DNA of 63,990 bases, counting the filler, from Basidiobolus ranarum (lineage: Eukaryota), in the NCBI GenBank assembly GCA_040143965.1. It is 4 parts of 4 records of this genome, joined end to end, with 100 filler letters (N's around TTAATTAATTAA, not from the genome) between each part and the next. Parts side by side here need not be neighbours in the genome. Positions count along the whole stretch, not along the records: positions 1 to 16,330 come from JASJQH010007220.1; positions 16,431 to 32,740 come from JASJQH010007221.1; 2 more parts are not named here. One strand, written 5' to 3'. The translations under genes were made by a program, and so were the position numbers. Each line of letters opens with the position of its first letter. Position 1 is the first letter of the stretch. The notes under the pieces were generated by a model. That model was not told the origin of the DNA. It did no database searches and was given only the letters and a program-made list of their open reading frames with translations. This document shows, piece after piece, positions 12,636-24,272 of the stretch.

Positions 12636-13880
12636 ATGTCCTCTCAACAAGAATCCACCAAGACTTGGAGTATTGAAGGCAAGGGTCTCAAGCTTGATAC
12701 TGCTGAAGATGTCCAAGACTTTGTGAAAGAAATTCTAGCTTTTGAAAACCTGGAGGTTGTCGTCATGAGTGGCAACACTGTTGGCATTGAAGCTGGTAAA
12801 GCTTTAGCTGAGGCTTTCAAGCAAAAGAAAAATCTGAAGGTGAGCTGAAATTATAGATATTACGATATATATGTAATCTCTTCTAATTTTTTCTTCCAGG
12901 TTATGAATTTAAGTGATATTTTCACTGGTCGTCTTCGTTCCGAAATTCCTCTTGTTCTAAAAGCTATTTGTGATGCTCTTGAGGACAAAGAGGAGCTTAT
13001 CGAGTTAAACCTGAGTGATAATGCTTTTGGTCCAGCTGGGGCCGAACCTATGATTGACTTCCTTGCCAATAACCGCCACCTTCAGGTTTTAAAACTTAAC
13101 AATAATGGCCTAGGTGTTCAAGGTGGTAACCTTATTGCTAAAGCTTTGTTGGCCGCTCAAGAGAAAAACGACGCTGAAGGACGCCCTTCTTCTCTTAGAA
13201 CTATTATTGCTGGACGTAACAGACTCGAAAATGGTTCTTCTAAGGCTCTTGCGGAGGCATTCCAAGCTCATGGTACTCTTAGGGAAATTCGCCTTCCACA
13301 AAACGGTATTCGTCCTGAGGGCATTGAACTTTTGGCCAAATCCTTGGCTAGCTGTAAAGATCTTGAGGTCCTTGATCTTCAAGACAATACATTCACCCAG
13401 ACTGGTGCTCAAGCTGTCGCTGATGCTTTGCCATCCTGGACCAAGCTATCTGTATTAAATATCGGTGACTGTCTTCTTGGCAAACGTGGTGGAGTTGCTA
13501 TTGCAGAGGCCCTCAAATCCGGTCATGAATGTCTATCTGAATTGATTCTTACATACGACGAGATTCAATTGGATGCTGCAGAAATCTTAGCTGATGCTAT
13601 ATCTACCATGAAGAACCTCCGAACTCTCGAGCTTAACGGCAACAATTTCCCGGAAGATAGTGACGTAGTTGATAGAATTCGTGAAATCCTCTCTGAAAAC
13701 GGTAATGAAGAAGCCCTTGGCTCTCTCTCTGACATGGAGGAGTTGAGTGACGAAGAGGATGACGAAGAGGCTCCTTCTGATGAGGAGGAGGATGAAAACG
13801 ATGATGAAGAAGTTGAAGTTGAAGAGAAAGATACTTCAATTGATGAACTTACTGAGCAACTTGCTTCCGTCAAGGTCTAA
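12636..13880 (+). CDS. RNA1: Ran GTPase-activating protein (LRR plus acidic tail), one intron at 12840-12899
   Basis: LSDIFTGRLRSEIP, LSDNAFGP, GRNRLENGS, LPQNGIRPEG, LDLQDNTFT and a D/E-rich C-terminus. Confidence 0.95.
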
Positions 13881-14785
13881 CTCCCGTTGATCTATTCTAC
13901 TTTGATATACACTGATTGTATAGTCATATTACCAGTGAAAATTCATCTTTAATTTCTCTTTCACATTCTTTCATGTTTTCTTTGGCATCCATCACTGGTA
14001 CTAGATGTGTCCCAGCCATTCTGTACTACTTTGTCTATTTTACAAAATAAAAGCGCTGCACATATGGCTTAATTTAATTTTCAATAATGCTCCATGATCT
14101 ATTTTGTTAGTGAGTATGCCGTTACTAAATTCACTCTTCCAAGGAGTTGATGATAACTGATTAAACGCGAGTGACATCTCGAGTTCAACTTATTTGACTC
14201 TAGAAAACTCGAAGGTAAGTATAATATTCTATACAAATATCTTAAAGAATCCCTACGCAGAAATTTTTTGCGTGAGGTTGTAGCATGCAGTTAAATTGGT
14301 GACAAAACTAGGTCGGTGTGGAATTGAGAAGTTGAAGCATGAGGATTGTTTGCAACACTGATCTTGTGGTTGTAGAAATGATACATATTCCGTACGAAAT
14401 TTTTTTCACATGCTGTAAGTAAAAGAGTGACCATCAGAACGAACTTCAATATTGAGTAAGTGGGCTCAGTGTGGCTGTCAACCAGTCCACCATCATATCA
14501 AAGTCTACATATGTAGCTCAAATCAGTATTGTCCTAACAGTAAAAAAATACGGAATAACACGCAATATGCCAGAAGCATGTGAGCCAATATTGCCTCTTG
14601 GCTTGATAAAGAAATAAACAGTGTTGATTTTCAATCGTCTTTCGGTTGGGGTAAAAATAGATAAATCGACGGACTCCTAGACACAAATTGGTAGATTCCT
14701 ATGCTACCTGGACCGATTTTATCATATTTATAGTTCATCCAGGAAAATTTGACTATATTACCTATCCCTTAACTACTCTAGCACC

Positions 14786-15086
14786 ATGTCCACCAAAGCT
14801 AAGCTTACACTTGCCGCGTCAATCGTATTTACTACGGCCGTTGTCTACGCTGTTCATGACATGCAAATAGAGGAGCGAACAGTAAGTACTCTATATATCT
14901 TAGTGTTTTGACCATCGACTAATTTCAAAATATAAGAACATGCATCAAGGAGTTCTTCGTGATGACGAAAGAAAGCGCCAGAAGCAACAAAACATCCTAG
15001 ATCTAGAATACCAACGTCAACTCCAAGCTCACTTAGAAAAGGGACAGAGTGTGTCGGCAAAGAGTTCGAATGTTGAAGAGGCATAA
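14786..15086 (+). CDS. PET117: Cytochrome c oxidase assembly factor PET117 (81 aa, intron 14882-14936; absent from the ORF track)
   Basis: Manual splice gives MSTKAKLTLAASIVFTTAVVYAVHDMQIEERT/NMHQGVLRDDERKRQKQQNILDLEYQRQLQAHLEKGQSVS..., matching the VH..Q..ER..MHQGV.RD.ER signature. Confidence 0.88.
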
Positions 15087-16210
15087 AGCCCCTTTTGTAT
15101 TATTTTTTCAGTACATTCAGCCTCTTCAAAATAATAATTTTGCTTTGGACCCAATATCCAACATAAAATCTTTGTGTAGTCATGCTAAAATTTGAATAAG
15201 CTATTGTTCGGGAAATATTGCATCGACTGATATTCTAGTGATTAGAGCAGACGGAAAATGATGCGATCTTCCGAGTGCACTAAGCCTCGAAATATACCCT
15301 AAAAGAGATTCGTATCGGAAATCCAACAGTTTTCTTTACTCAAGGAGTCTTAGTAGTAGGCATATTTTATGGTCACAATCGGTACTGTTCCAGAGTGTCA
15401 GCTAAATGGCCCTATATTGGCTACCAAGTGCATTTTTGTTGATGATTATCACCAATGATGTATCTATTCCCGGGAATTTATCATTTAATGTTAAAGAGGC
15501 TCTGGAAGTTTGTACTAAGAGACATTACATATTTTCTGTTTATTTCGTAGAAGGCTCAATATGCGTTTGTTGATTTGCCAATGTGCAAGATGACACTTCC
15601 AAAATTTGTAACTGAGATGCTCTGCCATTTTTGCCGTATCTATGTGGAGATTTAGTTACATACCATTTATATGGAAACAGGTCAATAACTAAATTGCACA
15701 ACATAAAGCAAAGAGCCACACATCACAAATCAAATATCTATATCGTTTTGGGGAAGTCAGCCACTAGTGCTGACTCACATGCATCTACCATATATGTCCA
15801 AGAGCACTGATTACAAATGTTGGTCAATTTCAGTTTATTCATGTAATCAAACCTAGATTCTGGCTCCGAGTTCTATCTTTTGTCAGTGATTTAACGATTA
15901 TGATGCTAAAATTTCTAGTGCCTATTCTCCTTGTCTTATTAGCATACCACGAATTTAAGCCACTCTAACTTTTAAAGAGATACCATGGGCTAGATTCTAT
16001 ATACTCTCTAAGCTTGTGAACTTATCAAAGCCTGACCATATTTTTCTTGACTCTAAAATTGACTGTCCTTTAGCAAACATTTTGCAGTTACATCCCACCA
16101 ATTTTGTAAGTCTTAAGTTGTTTTTTTGAAGCACTACAGAAATATATTTTTGCAAAGCTGATAGAATGCACCTTAAATACTTTCCAGTCTCATGTTCTAG
16201 TATGCTTCAG

Positions 16211-16305
16211 GAAGGTCCCAGGAACATGTGTGCAAAGTTTGGGACTTCTAGCACAAGTTTGAAAAATCTATATATCTGAGAACTTCTAGGTTGGTAAAAA
16301 TATTA
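16211..16305 (-). repeat. Partial copy 2 of the modular inverted-repeat element
   Basis: Near-identical reverse complement of 7510-7600; ends just before the assembly gap. Confidence 0.8.
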
Positions 16306-16330
16306 TAAGAATAGAAGATGTGAAAATTAG

Positions 16331-16430
16331 NNNNNNNNNNNNNNNNNNNNNNNNNNNNNNNNNNNNNNNNNNNNTTAATTAATTAANNNNNNNNNNNNNN
16401 NNNNNNNNNNNNNNNNNNNNNNNNNNNNNN
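16331..16430. other. Assembly spacer (44 N + TTAATTAATTAA + 44 N)
   Basis: Identical 100-nt structure at all three gaps; the linker has stops in all six frames. Confidence 0.97.
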
Positions 16431-16544
16431 ATACTCTTAAGAATAAACTAACTAAAACACACTATCATAAGTTGCTTCTAATACTCAAAGTCTACCCCAT
16501 TATGTCAAGATCCTCCAACATTTATATATTTACATAAACCACTT

Positions 16545-16860
16545 GGACAATATGTAAGTTGGTATGAGTTCTGATCCATTACTCCCAAAGCTAAATAATG
16601 CCCATTTAGATCAGTGATGATGCTTCCTGACTTATCCAGGTTGAATTTTAGTTCTTCTGAGATGGCCTTGCTTACAGATACTAAGTTCTTGTAAATATCT
16701 GGAACATGTAGTGTACCTTAAAAGTGAACAGTTCTCTTCAGAAGCACTAGTTGAATTAACTTGAATTGCTTACATCCCAATAGCATTTGATTTATGGGCA
16801 TCTCCTATGAAAACCTTTTTGGTTGGGATTTCTTCAGAATCCAAAAACCAATGTATCTTG
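16545..16860 (-). pseudogene. Ty1/copia pol relic (aspartic protease to pre-integrase region)
   Basis: Minus strand reads HWFLDS...KVFIGDAHKSNAIGM*...TLHVPDIYKNLVSVSKAISEELKFNLDKSGSIITDLNGHYLALGVMDQNSYQL, with stops and a frameshift. This fits the copia W.LDSG...LYVP.L..NL.SVS pattern. Confidence 0.75.
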
Positions 16861-19147
16861 AAAATGATTCAAGTGATCTACAATAGTTATTTTGGTAAAT
16901 AATGGTAACTGAATCTTGCTCTAGTGTAACCAATTTGTTTTGCCTAAAAACCCTCAATATACAATCCCAAGTATGTAATATTATGAAAAATTGCAAATAT
17001 TCTGAAAATGTATGTCCCATAACGTAGATATGCTAAATAGGATAGAAGAATATTCTGGAGAACAACTCAAATACTTTGTACTTTCCATTAGCTTATCACT
17101 CACAAAAGTTGATGTACATACAGTTATATGGCATTTGAAACTTTGTACAAGAAAATCTCTGAAAATCTGCAATAGAATAACCCTCCTGAACCGTGTCTAT
17201 ACCCTTTTTATAGCAAATTGCAAGATAACAGTTACGTTTCTAGCTTACTTTAAATGGCTTTCTTCTTTTTCAAAATATCGCCTATCGTCAGAGAGTATTT
17301 CATTGTTGTTGTATCTTGTTGACCTTTTCATAGCGTACATAAGTTGATATCATCTAGAGGAGGCTGGTTAAATTTCCATCTCATCGAGCTCCTATCCCCA
17401 AACCAAGAAAAACAAAGTTTCCCCTGGTTAGCTTGGGAAATTGAAGCCAGCAGAGTACGTGGTAAAGTGTGACCCTAAGACCCAGAACCTACCAGTGCAT
17501 TGTGGTTATAAAAGAAATTGATATTGCTGCTCAAACTTCCGCTACTCTCTAAGACATACAATAACCTCTATATAACCATGATTTACTTTAGAGACGATAC
17601 ATAGATCTAGCAAGTATAATAAAGGATGCACATATTTGAAGAATACTGGGCATTTAATATCAATATCGGAGCCGATCAGGAGGACAAAGAGCGCCAAGCT
17701 GATTTAACAAGATTCCGATTTAAACAGGCATGCCGAATATATTTACCCATTGGAGGAAGGTATTTGTTAGAATGTGATACTTTCGCCAATGAACAGTAGT
17801 AATGAAGATCTGGAAGGTCTCCGGGTTTGATGAGCGGCGATTTTACATAATGAAACATAGCAAGACACCATCTGTCCATGAAAGAAACTCCGTACACCAA
17901 TAGCAAGGGAGCCCAATACGCCTAAGGTTAGTGATCGTGGAGTGTAGAAAACCTTAATCATGGTTCAAGTGATTTGAAGGGCGTCAAGAACATGCTCCTA
18001 CCCGAGGCCCAATCTATTTCCTGGTTGATTGCAATACCATACTGCAAGTGGTAAAGGTAGATTGAGGAGATTTAATCAGATGATGGCTATACATGTCGTG
18101 GAGCACATTCATGGATTCAAGTGAGTCTAGCATAATCACTCTCATCGTCTCAAATCTAGGCTGTGAAGACCGCACTACCGGACGTACCTCATCACCATAG
18201 GTGAGGTTTGAAAGAAGATAGGAGATATTGAGTAATCGATGGGTAGAATCAGGATCAGAAACATCGCCTGTGAAAATGGATTTCTCAATGTTGGCAGGTA
18301 AGTCCGGAATGATGCGATCTGGTTGGATACTTGTGCCGAATTGAACCAGCCACTGGATTGAAGCTCCGCGCCTAGTCTAAAATTCCCTCATTTCATTTAT
18401 TTGCAGACAAGTTCTCACAAGAAAAGCATTCTTAGATTACTACAAATACGTGATGTAATATTGCAACCCAAATTGAATGAGAAACGATATTGCCGAAAAT
18501 GCGATGTGAATGCTACCTATTGGTAGAATACTCTCCTGCTTTAGAATGTTCATCAGATGCCGATATTAAATATGGTGGTGATTGTGTTCGGTAACATGCG
18601 AGTTCCGACTCAGAAACTCATATTCATTTGGGTAAGAAAACAGTACGCATCAGATCCCTTCCTATTGGGGATCGAGGATGGTATAGATATGGTAAACTTC
18701 ACTTCTTTGTAGACTCACGGGATTTATTTGGTTAGGATGGTATCCACTTGATTATCCCTATTTCCCCTATTAACTGACCCCAGGGCTGTTCATTAAGCTC
18801 ATTTCTACCGAACCCGCGTGAGATCCAATTTGAAAAAATATTACCAGCTCTGCAAAGAATACTTCATTTACATATATATATTCATTGGAAAATACTGTTT
18901 TCGATCTTAAACTACCCGAATTGGCTTGACTCCGAGTTGCTCTCTTGCATAACGAAATCTCCCATTCAAACTACCGCAATTGATATCAAATCTGTAGTTT
19001 GCTGCTCATACCTCTTTATTCCTTTACCATTTTCCCTTTGAGACTTCTACCCTTTGCTACTTTACCTTCACCTACTTTAGTGTTCTACCGGTATAGTATA
19101 CCATTATTAACCTTTGGGTGCGTTGTTCACCGTATACTCTTCTAACT

Positions 19148-19891
19148 ATGACCAACAAGTGTAAATCTGTCTGGCAGTATTTCGATCGTCTTGAACCCAA
19201 AACAAAGGGCTCACAGCATCGGGCCAAATGTAGATACTGTCCACATGAGTTTAACGGTCAACCAGCACGCATGACTAAACATTTACTTAGTCGTTGTTCT
19301 GGTTGTCCTAAAGAGGTTCGGGAATCTCTTCTTTCTCAAGAGGAGTATGTAACTCCCAGCAAAAAGCCCTGCCTTGAATCCGTTCTTCAGCTCTCAAACT
19401 CTGGCTCTCACCCTCATACACCTATTTTACATCAAATACCACAAATAGCCACGGTCACTTCTACCATTACTCCTCTTACGAGCACACCTTCTACCGCGCC
19501 CATATCTACTTTACATGCCATGGCTTCTGAGCCGAAACAAGTTAATATTGCAAGTATGCCGACACCGACACCAACACCCAATAATAATAGTATACCGATC
19601 AATATGCACAGCCAAGTCCACACACAAGTTCACAATCAAATACGCCAAGATAATAATTCAGTGAGTGAGATAGATTTGAATCAGGACCGGGATGAAAAGG
19701 AGCTTATTGATGCTACTATAGCACGCACATTTTATGCTACTGGAATCCCTTTCTCAGTGATAGAGAATCCATCATTTATGGAGCTGTTACATACCTTGCG
19801 TCCTGATTACACCCCACCTTCACGTAAGGAATTAGCTACAGCTTTTGTTGAACAAGATTTGTGGCTTTGTAAAGAGACATCAGCAAAGTAG
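19148..19891 (+). CDS. BED zinc-finger protein derived from the N-terminus of a hAT transposase, lacking the catalytic domain
   Basis: SVWQYF...AKCRYC...MTKHLLSRC (BED finger), a low-complexity linker, then IARTFYATGIPFSVIENPSFMELLHTLRPDYTPPSRKEL (hAT-type segment) and a stop. Confidence 0.82.
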   Translation: MTNKCKSVWQYFDRLEPKTKGSQHRAKCRYCPHEFNGQPARMTKHLLSRCSGCPKEVRESLLSQEEYVTPSKKPCLESVLQLSNSGSHPHTPILHQIPQIATVTSTITPLTSTPSTAPISTLHAMASEPKQVNIASMPTPTPTPNNNSIPINMHSQVHTQVHNQIRQDNNSVSEIDLNQDRDEKELIDATIARTFYATGIPFSVIENPSFMELLHTLRPDYTPPSRKELATAFVEQDLWLCKETSAK

Positions 19892-20330
19892 GTACACTGA
19901 ATAAGCTTCCCACATTCTGTGCAAGTATGCTTCTGATTCACTGACCATACAGACACACTAATAATTTATGTTTCCTCAGTAGAACAACTAATGGTGCTAG
20001 TCTAACAGGTAGGAGATAGAGGTGCGAAACACCACTTTTTGCTTAATTTCTGAAACTATATCTACACAATTTTCATTGATGAAATTTATTTGGAAAGAAA
20101 TCTAACCAGTAATCACCAGTTGATATTTCTAATAATTTGGTCTTGACAATTTAGAGTTTTGTAAATTTTGGTTCATTTTATATATCAATAACAACATTGG
20201 TAACATGTTTTGCGTTTGGGGGAGGGGGTTTCCCGAAGGTTCACGAAGAGAAATATCTTAGTATTTATTAATTTGAAAACGAAAAAACCAATCCTATCTA
20301 TTTACAAGAATAAAAAATGCCAATATTCAT

Positions 20331-20789
<459 letters not shown>

Positions 20790-20848
20790 TTATTTTAAAT
20801 GTTTCCAAAAAGTTCAAATCACGACGTGTAATTACGAAATGAATATCT

Positions 20849-20877
20849 ACGCGTTTTAAGCGAATATATTCACGCGT
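20849..20877. promoter_or_regulatory. Two ACGCGT (MCB-like) boxes upstream of H3
   Basis: ACGCGT at 20849-20854 and 20872-20877, about 110-140 bp upstream of the H3 ATG in otherwise AT-rich DNA. Confidence 0.5.
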
Positions 20878-21250
20878 TTCTCGATGAAACAACTGGGTAA
20901 AACTCATCCATTAGCCTATTAATAATCAACCAATTGAAAGTCGCAGGATTTCCATCTAGAACTGATTTACTAATTATAACATCACTGATGTTGGTTTAAT
21001 ACTCTTCGATAAATAAGACACCAACGGATACTTCGTCAACACTTGAAACAAAAACCTGATACTGTGTTTCAATATCGACCATGGGTAGTATGAATTGAAA
21101 GAAACGAAAGCATTTATTTTAATAACATTAAATATAGGTGGAGGATAAGTGCAATCCTTCAAATGGTTACTGAAAAATTAATCTACATGAAGTTTAGAGG
21201 TTAGGCTCTTGAAGGTATGAATACTCCTCAAAAGTGCAATGTTGTTGGTT

Positions 21251-22225
21251 CTATCTACTGTTCGAGGCAATTTTTAACACGGCATGGGTCTTGGCTTCAT
21301 GAAAAGTGTGTCCCTGAACCTTATAGTGTGATTGAACTTGGTTATACAAATACAAGGATAGAACTCCTCCCACTATCCAGAACAGTGAGGTTACGATACA
21401 AAATACTCCTGCGAGTATTTTACCATCTGAAATCATCGATATCATATTGATCAATCCCCCCGAGCCTGATCCTGGAATTCCCACTGCCATATAGAACTGA
21501 AACCCGATATGAAAGCCGTTGAAAATGAAGAAGATATCTGAAGGTGAAATCAAATGGTTAATGCACTGGTAGAAAATCTCATCAAGCTAATCAATAGACT
21601 TACAATAATAAAGCGCCTTTTCTTTCATAAATGCATTATACACTGGTCTATACCAGAGGAAAAACGAAGCGGCCCCTATTAGTAGAGTATACACCAGTCC
21701 TATACCAAAGTCAGTGGCCCCAGTATTGACGCCTATAGCGTGTGCGATCAAAATCAAGAAACAAGTTATGGAATTCAAGAACAATGTACTCATAGTGAAA
21801 AGCCACGAGCGGAAAAGGCGTCTCACTATAGTTCTATCCGATTCTATGATTTCTTCTTCGATGTTGTGATACATTACTGGCCATACCGATGGGAAATTGT
21901 TAGGCTTGGATCCCTGTCTTTTCAAACGATTGGATTGCAAATGCAACTCTCTCTCGCGCCCTTCTAATTCCATTTCTTTCTGGAGAAGTCGTTCTTCTCG
22001 AAGGGAAAGCTCGTCATGAGTTAGGTAGGGTCTAGAGTAGGCGTTGTTGGTATTGAGAACTGTGCGAGGCTCAGCACTAGGAGATATAGAGAGTATGGCT
22101 GCTGACTCATTACGTTCATCAACATCCAAAGTGACATCCGTTTCCATCGTTACTGATATCTCATGTACCGGATCTTCAAATGGATTGAGTGGAACCTTGG
22201 GTAGCTTGTTGCTTGATGAAGTCAT
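21251..22225 (-). CDS. Secretory carrier membrane protein (SCAMP), intron 21538-21603
   Basis: NPF motif, coiled coil, NNFP...YHNIEEEI, SFFLWYRPVYNAF and MAVGIPGSGSGG; four TM segments. Confidence 0.9.
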
Positions 22226-22779
22226 GATACCGTAAATAAAAGAGGTAAATGGTTTATAAATGTGACTACTTTCTAAAAGTATGTAGAATAGAAGGCCTCT
22301 ATACTTAGAAGTAGAGAGAACAAAAGCGAGTGGCAAGGGGTATATATTCGAAAAATATTTCAAACCAATGTCACATTGCGTTTGATAGAGCATGCTACTA
22401 CATTCATTCTTGGTTTGACTTCATCTGAAACTATCCCTTTGATGAATGAATTGTACGTAAACTATCAGGACGGGATGCATGGCTGTGACTACTATAAAAT
22501 CATGACAGCTGCACCACTGCCTCATTTAAGCTTTTCCTACACGAATACTCCATATTTTTAGCCACGAGGGGAAGAATGGTATTCTCTCGTTTCGGAAAGA
22601 TCGGAATTAAAATTGCAGCGGAGGTTCCTGAATTCTTATTCTAGTTAGTGCCAGCAACCCTAATTTTACACGTTTTCGATAGTCCCAAAAGAGTAGCTGT
22701 GTTCTTTTGAAACCATCCGGGCGTACTATTCAGAGGAGTATGAAACTCCAGTGATTCATAGTGGTACATAGATGAAGCA

Positions 22780-23190
22780 TCATCACTAAATACATTCAGA
22801 TCTCCTTGAGTGACACATTCCAAGAAGGAACCCACTTCTGTATATTACATCGTATGGAGGCTATGATACCCCGTAAATTCAGCATCCAGCTGCACTCTGG
22901 ATTAACCATGATTTAAACAAAATATTCGGGTTTCTTTAGCGAATCTGATTATACTCCGAGCTCTATTTACAGATCCTGGTTTCATCTTGAAACTGCTAAA
23001 CACATTAAAGTGGGAACGTGATATGGAGGAACTTTGTGCTCGTGGTTGGGCTTTCTTTACACCCGGATATTTTATCACAAGCAGTAAGAATATGACACGC
23101 AGGAGAGAGCAAGGGGCCACTGTTATTACTCCAATCATGGGCATATCAGTTGTGGCATTCCTCAGTAAGGTATGTTATAAGCAAGTATCA
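22780..23190 (+). pseudogene. Possible DIRS-type retrotransposon relic (RNase H end plus methyltransferase-like domain)
   Basis: Degenerate motifs occur in the expected order across frameshifts: HIPRRN, FFSESDYTPSSIYRSW, WAFFTP...RRREQGATVITP/SWAYQLW. Confidence 0.4.
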
Positions 23191-23736
23191 CTGCGGTGAT
23201 AATCTATGTGAGACAAGTATGGAGCAGGATATTTTTGACATCTACCCAGTCCATTTCCTTCCATACCTTTATCAATGTGATTGTCAGCATCATTCTTTTT
23301 CTACTTCAAGAATGCTTATCGAATCATCAACCACAGGGTCCACGAAAACCAGCTTTCCGGGGTGCACCGCTTACTACACATGAACGACATTTGTCTCGCA
23401 AATGACGCAATATTAGTCTTAAGGTACAATATAATATCTACATTTCATGATCATGTAGGATACAGTGGCACTTTTTCTCACATTGGAGCCAATTCTCGGC
23501 AAGTTTAGGCCACAGTTGCCAGCCCTTTTGCACGGAGATGTGACGGTCTTTCTAAATCAATCAACCGACAACGGATCAGTTTGAAAGCATACTGATAGAG
23601 ATGTCTTATTTTGACGTCAAAGTCGCTTCTCACGTGAATTGAGATTCCACTCAAAATGTGGATAAAACCGACCTGTTCATGAAGCATTCATCCAAACTAC
23701 TTACATATCAACCTCATTCTACTTCAATTCACCACT

Positions 23737-24272
23737 ATGCCCGGTACTCAACGTAAGCACACTGTTTGTAATGAAATAATTAGATGTTTATTGACAACCC
23801 GCTTTCTTTTCCCATTCCAGAGCCATTCAAAATCGTCCAGAGCGGTAAGGATATCAGTCGTTCTTTAAAGCTAGTAGCTACCCGTGATTTTAAGAAGGGA
23901 GATGCTATTAGCCCATTAGAAGGAAAGCCCATCTCTGGTATCTTCTACCATACCGTCCAAGTTGGTCAGGATCAACATATCGAATTGACCAACGATCTGG
24001 TCTATTGCAACCATAGTTGCGACCCAAGCCTTATTTTCGACACAACTCGCATGCTCACCATTGCACTTAGGGATCTGAAGGAGGGTGATGAGCTCACATT
24101 CTTCTACCCCTCAAGTGAATGGAATATGGCCGAGCCATTCAGTTGTGTTTGCAATTCGAGCCAATGTATTGGTGAAATCAAGGGTGCCAAGTATCTCACC
24201 AAAGAAACCCTTTCTAGATATTTCATCAATGAGCATATCCAGCAGCAACACGAGCAAACCAAGACCATCTAA
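23737..24272 (+). CDS. Small stand-alone SET-domain protein with post-SET cysteines (intron 23753-23820)
   Basis: LVATRDFKKGD, YCNHSCDPS, ALRDLKEGDELTFFYPSSEW and CVCNSSQC; first exon ATG CCC GGT ACT CAA C|gtaagc. Confidence 0.88.
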
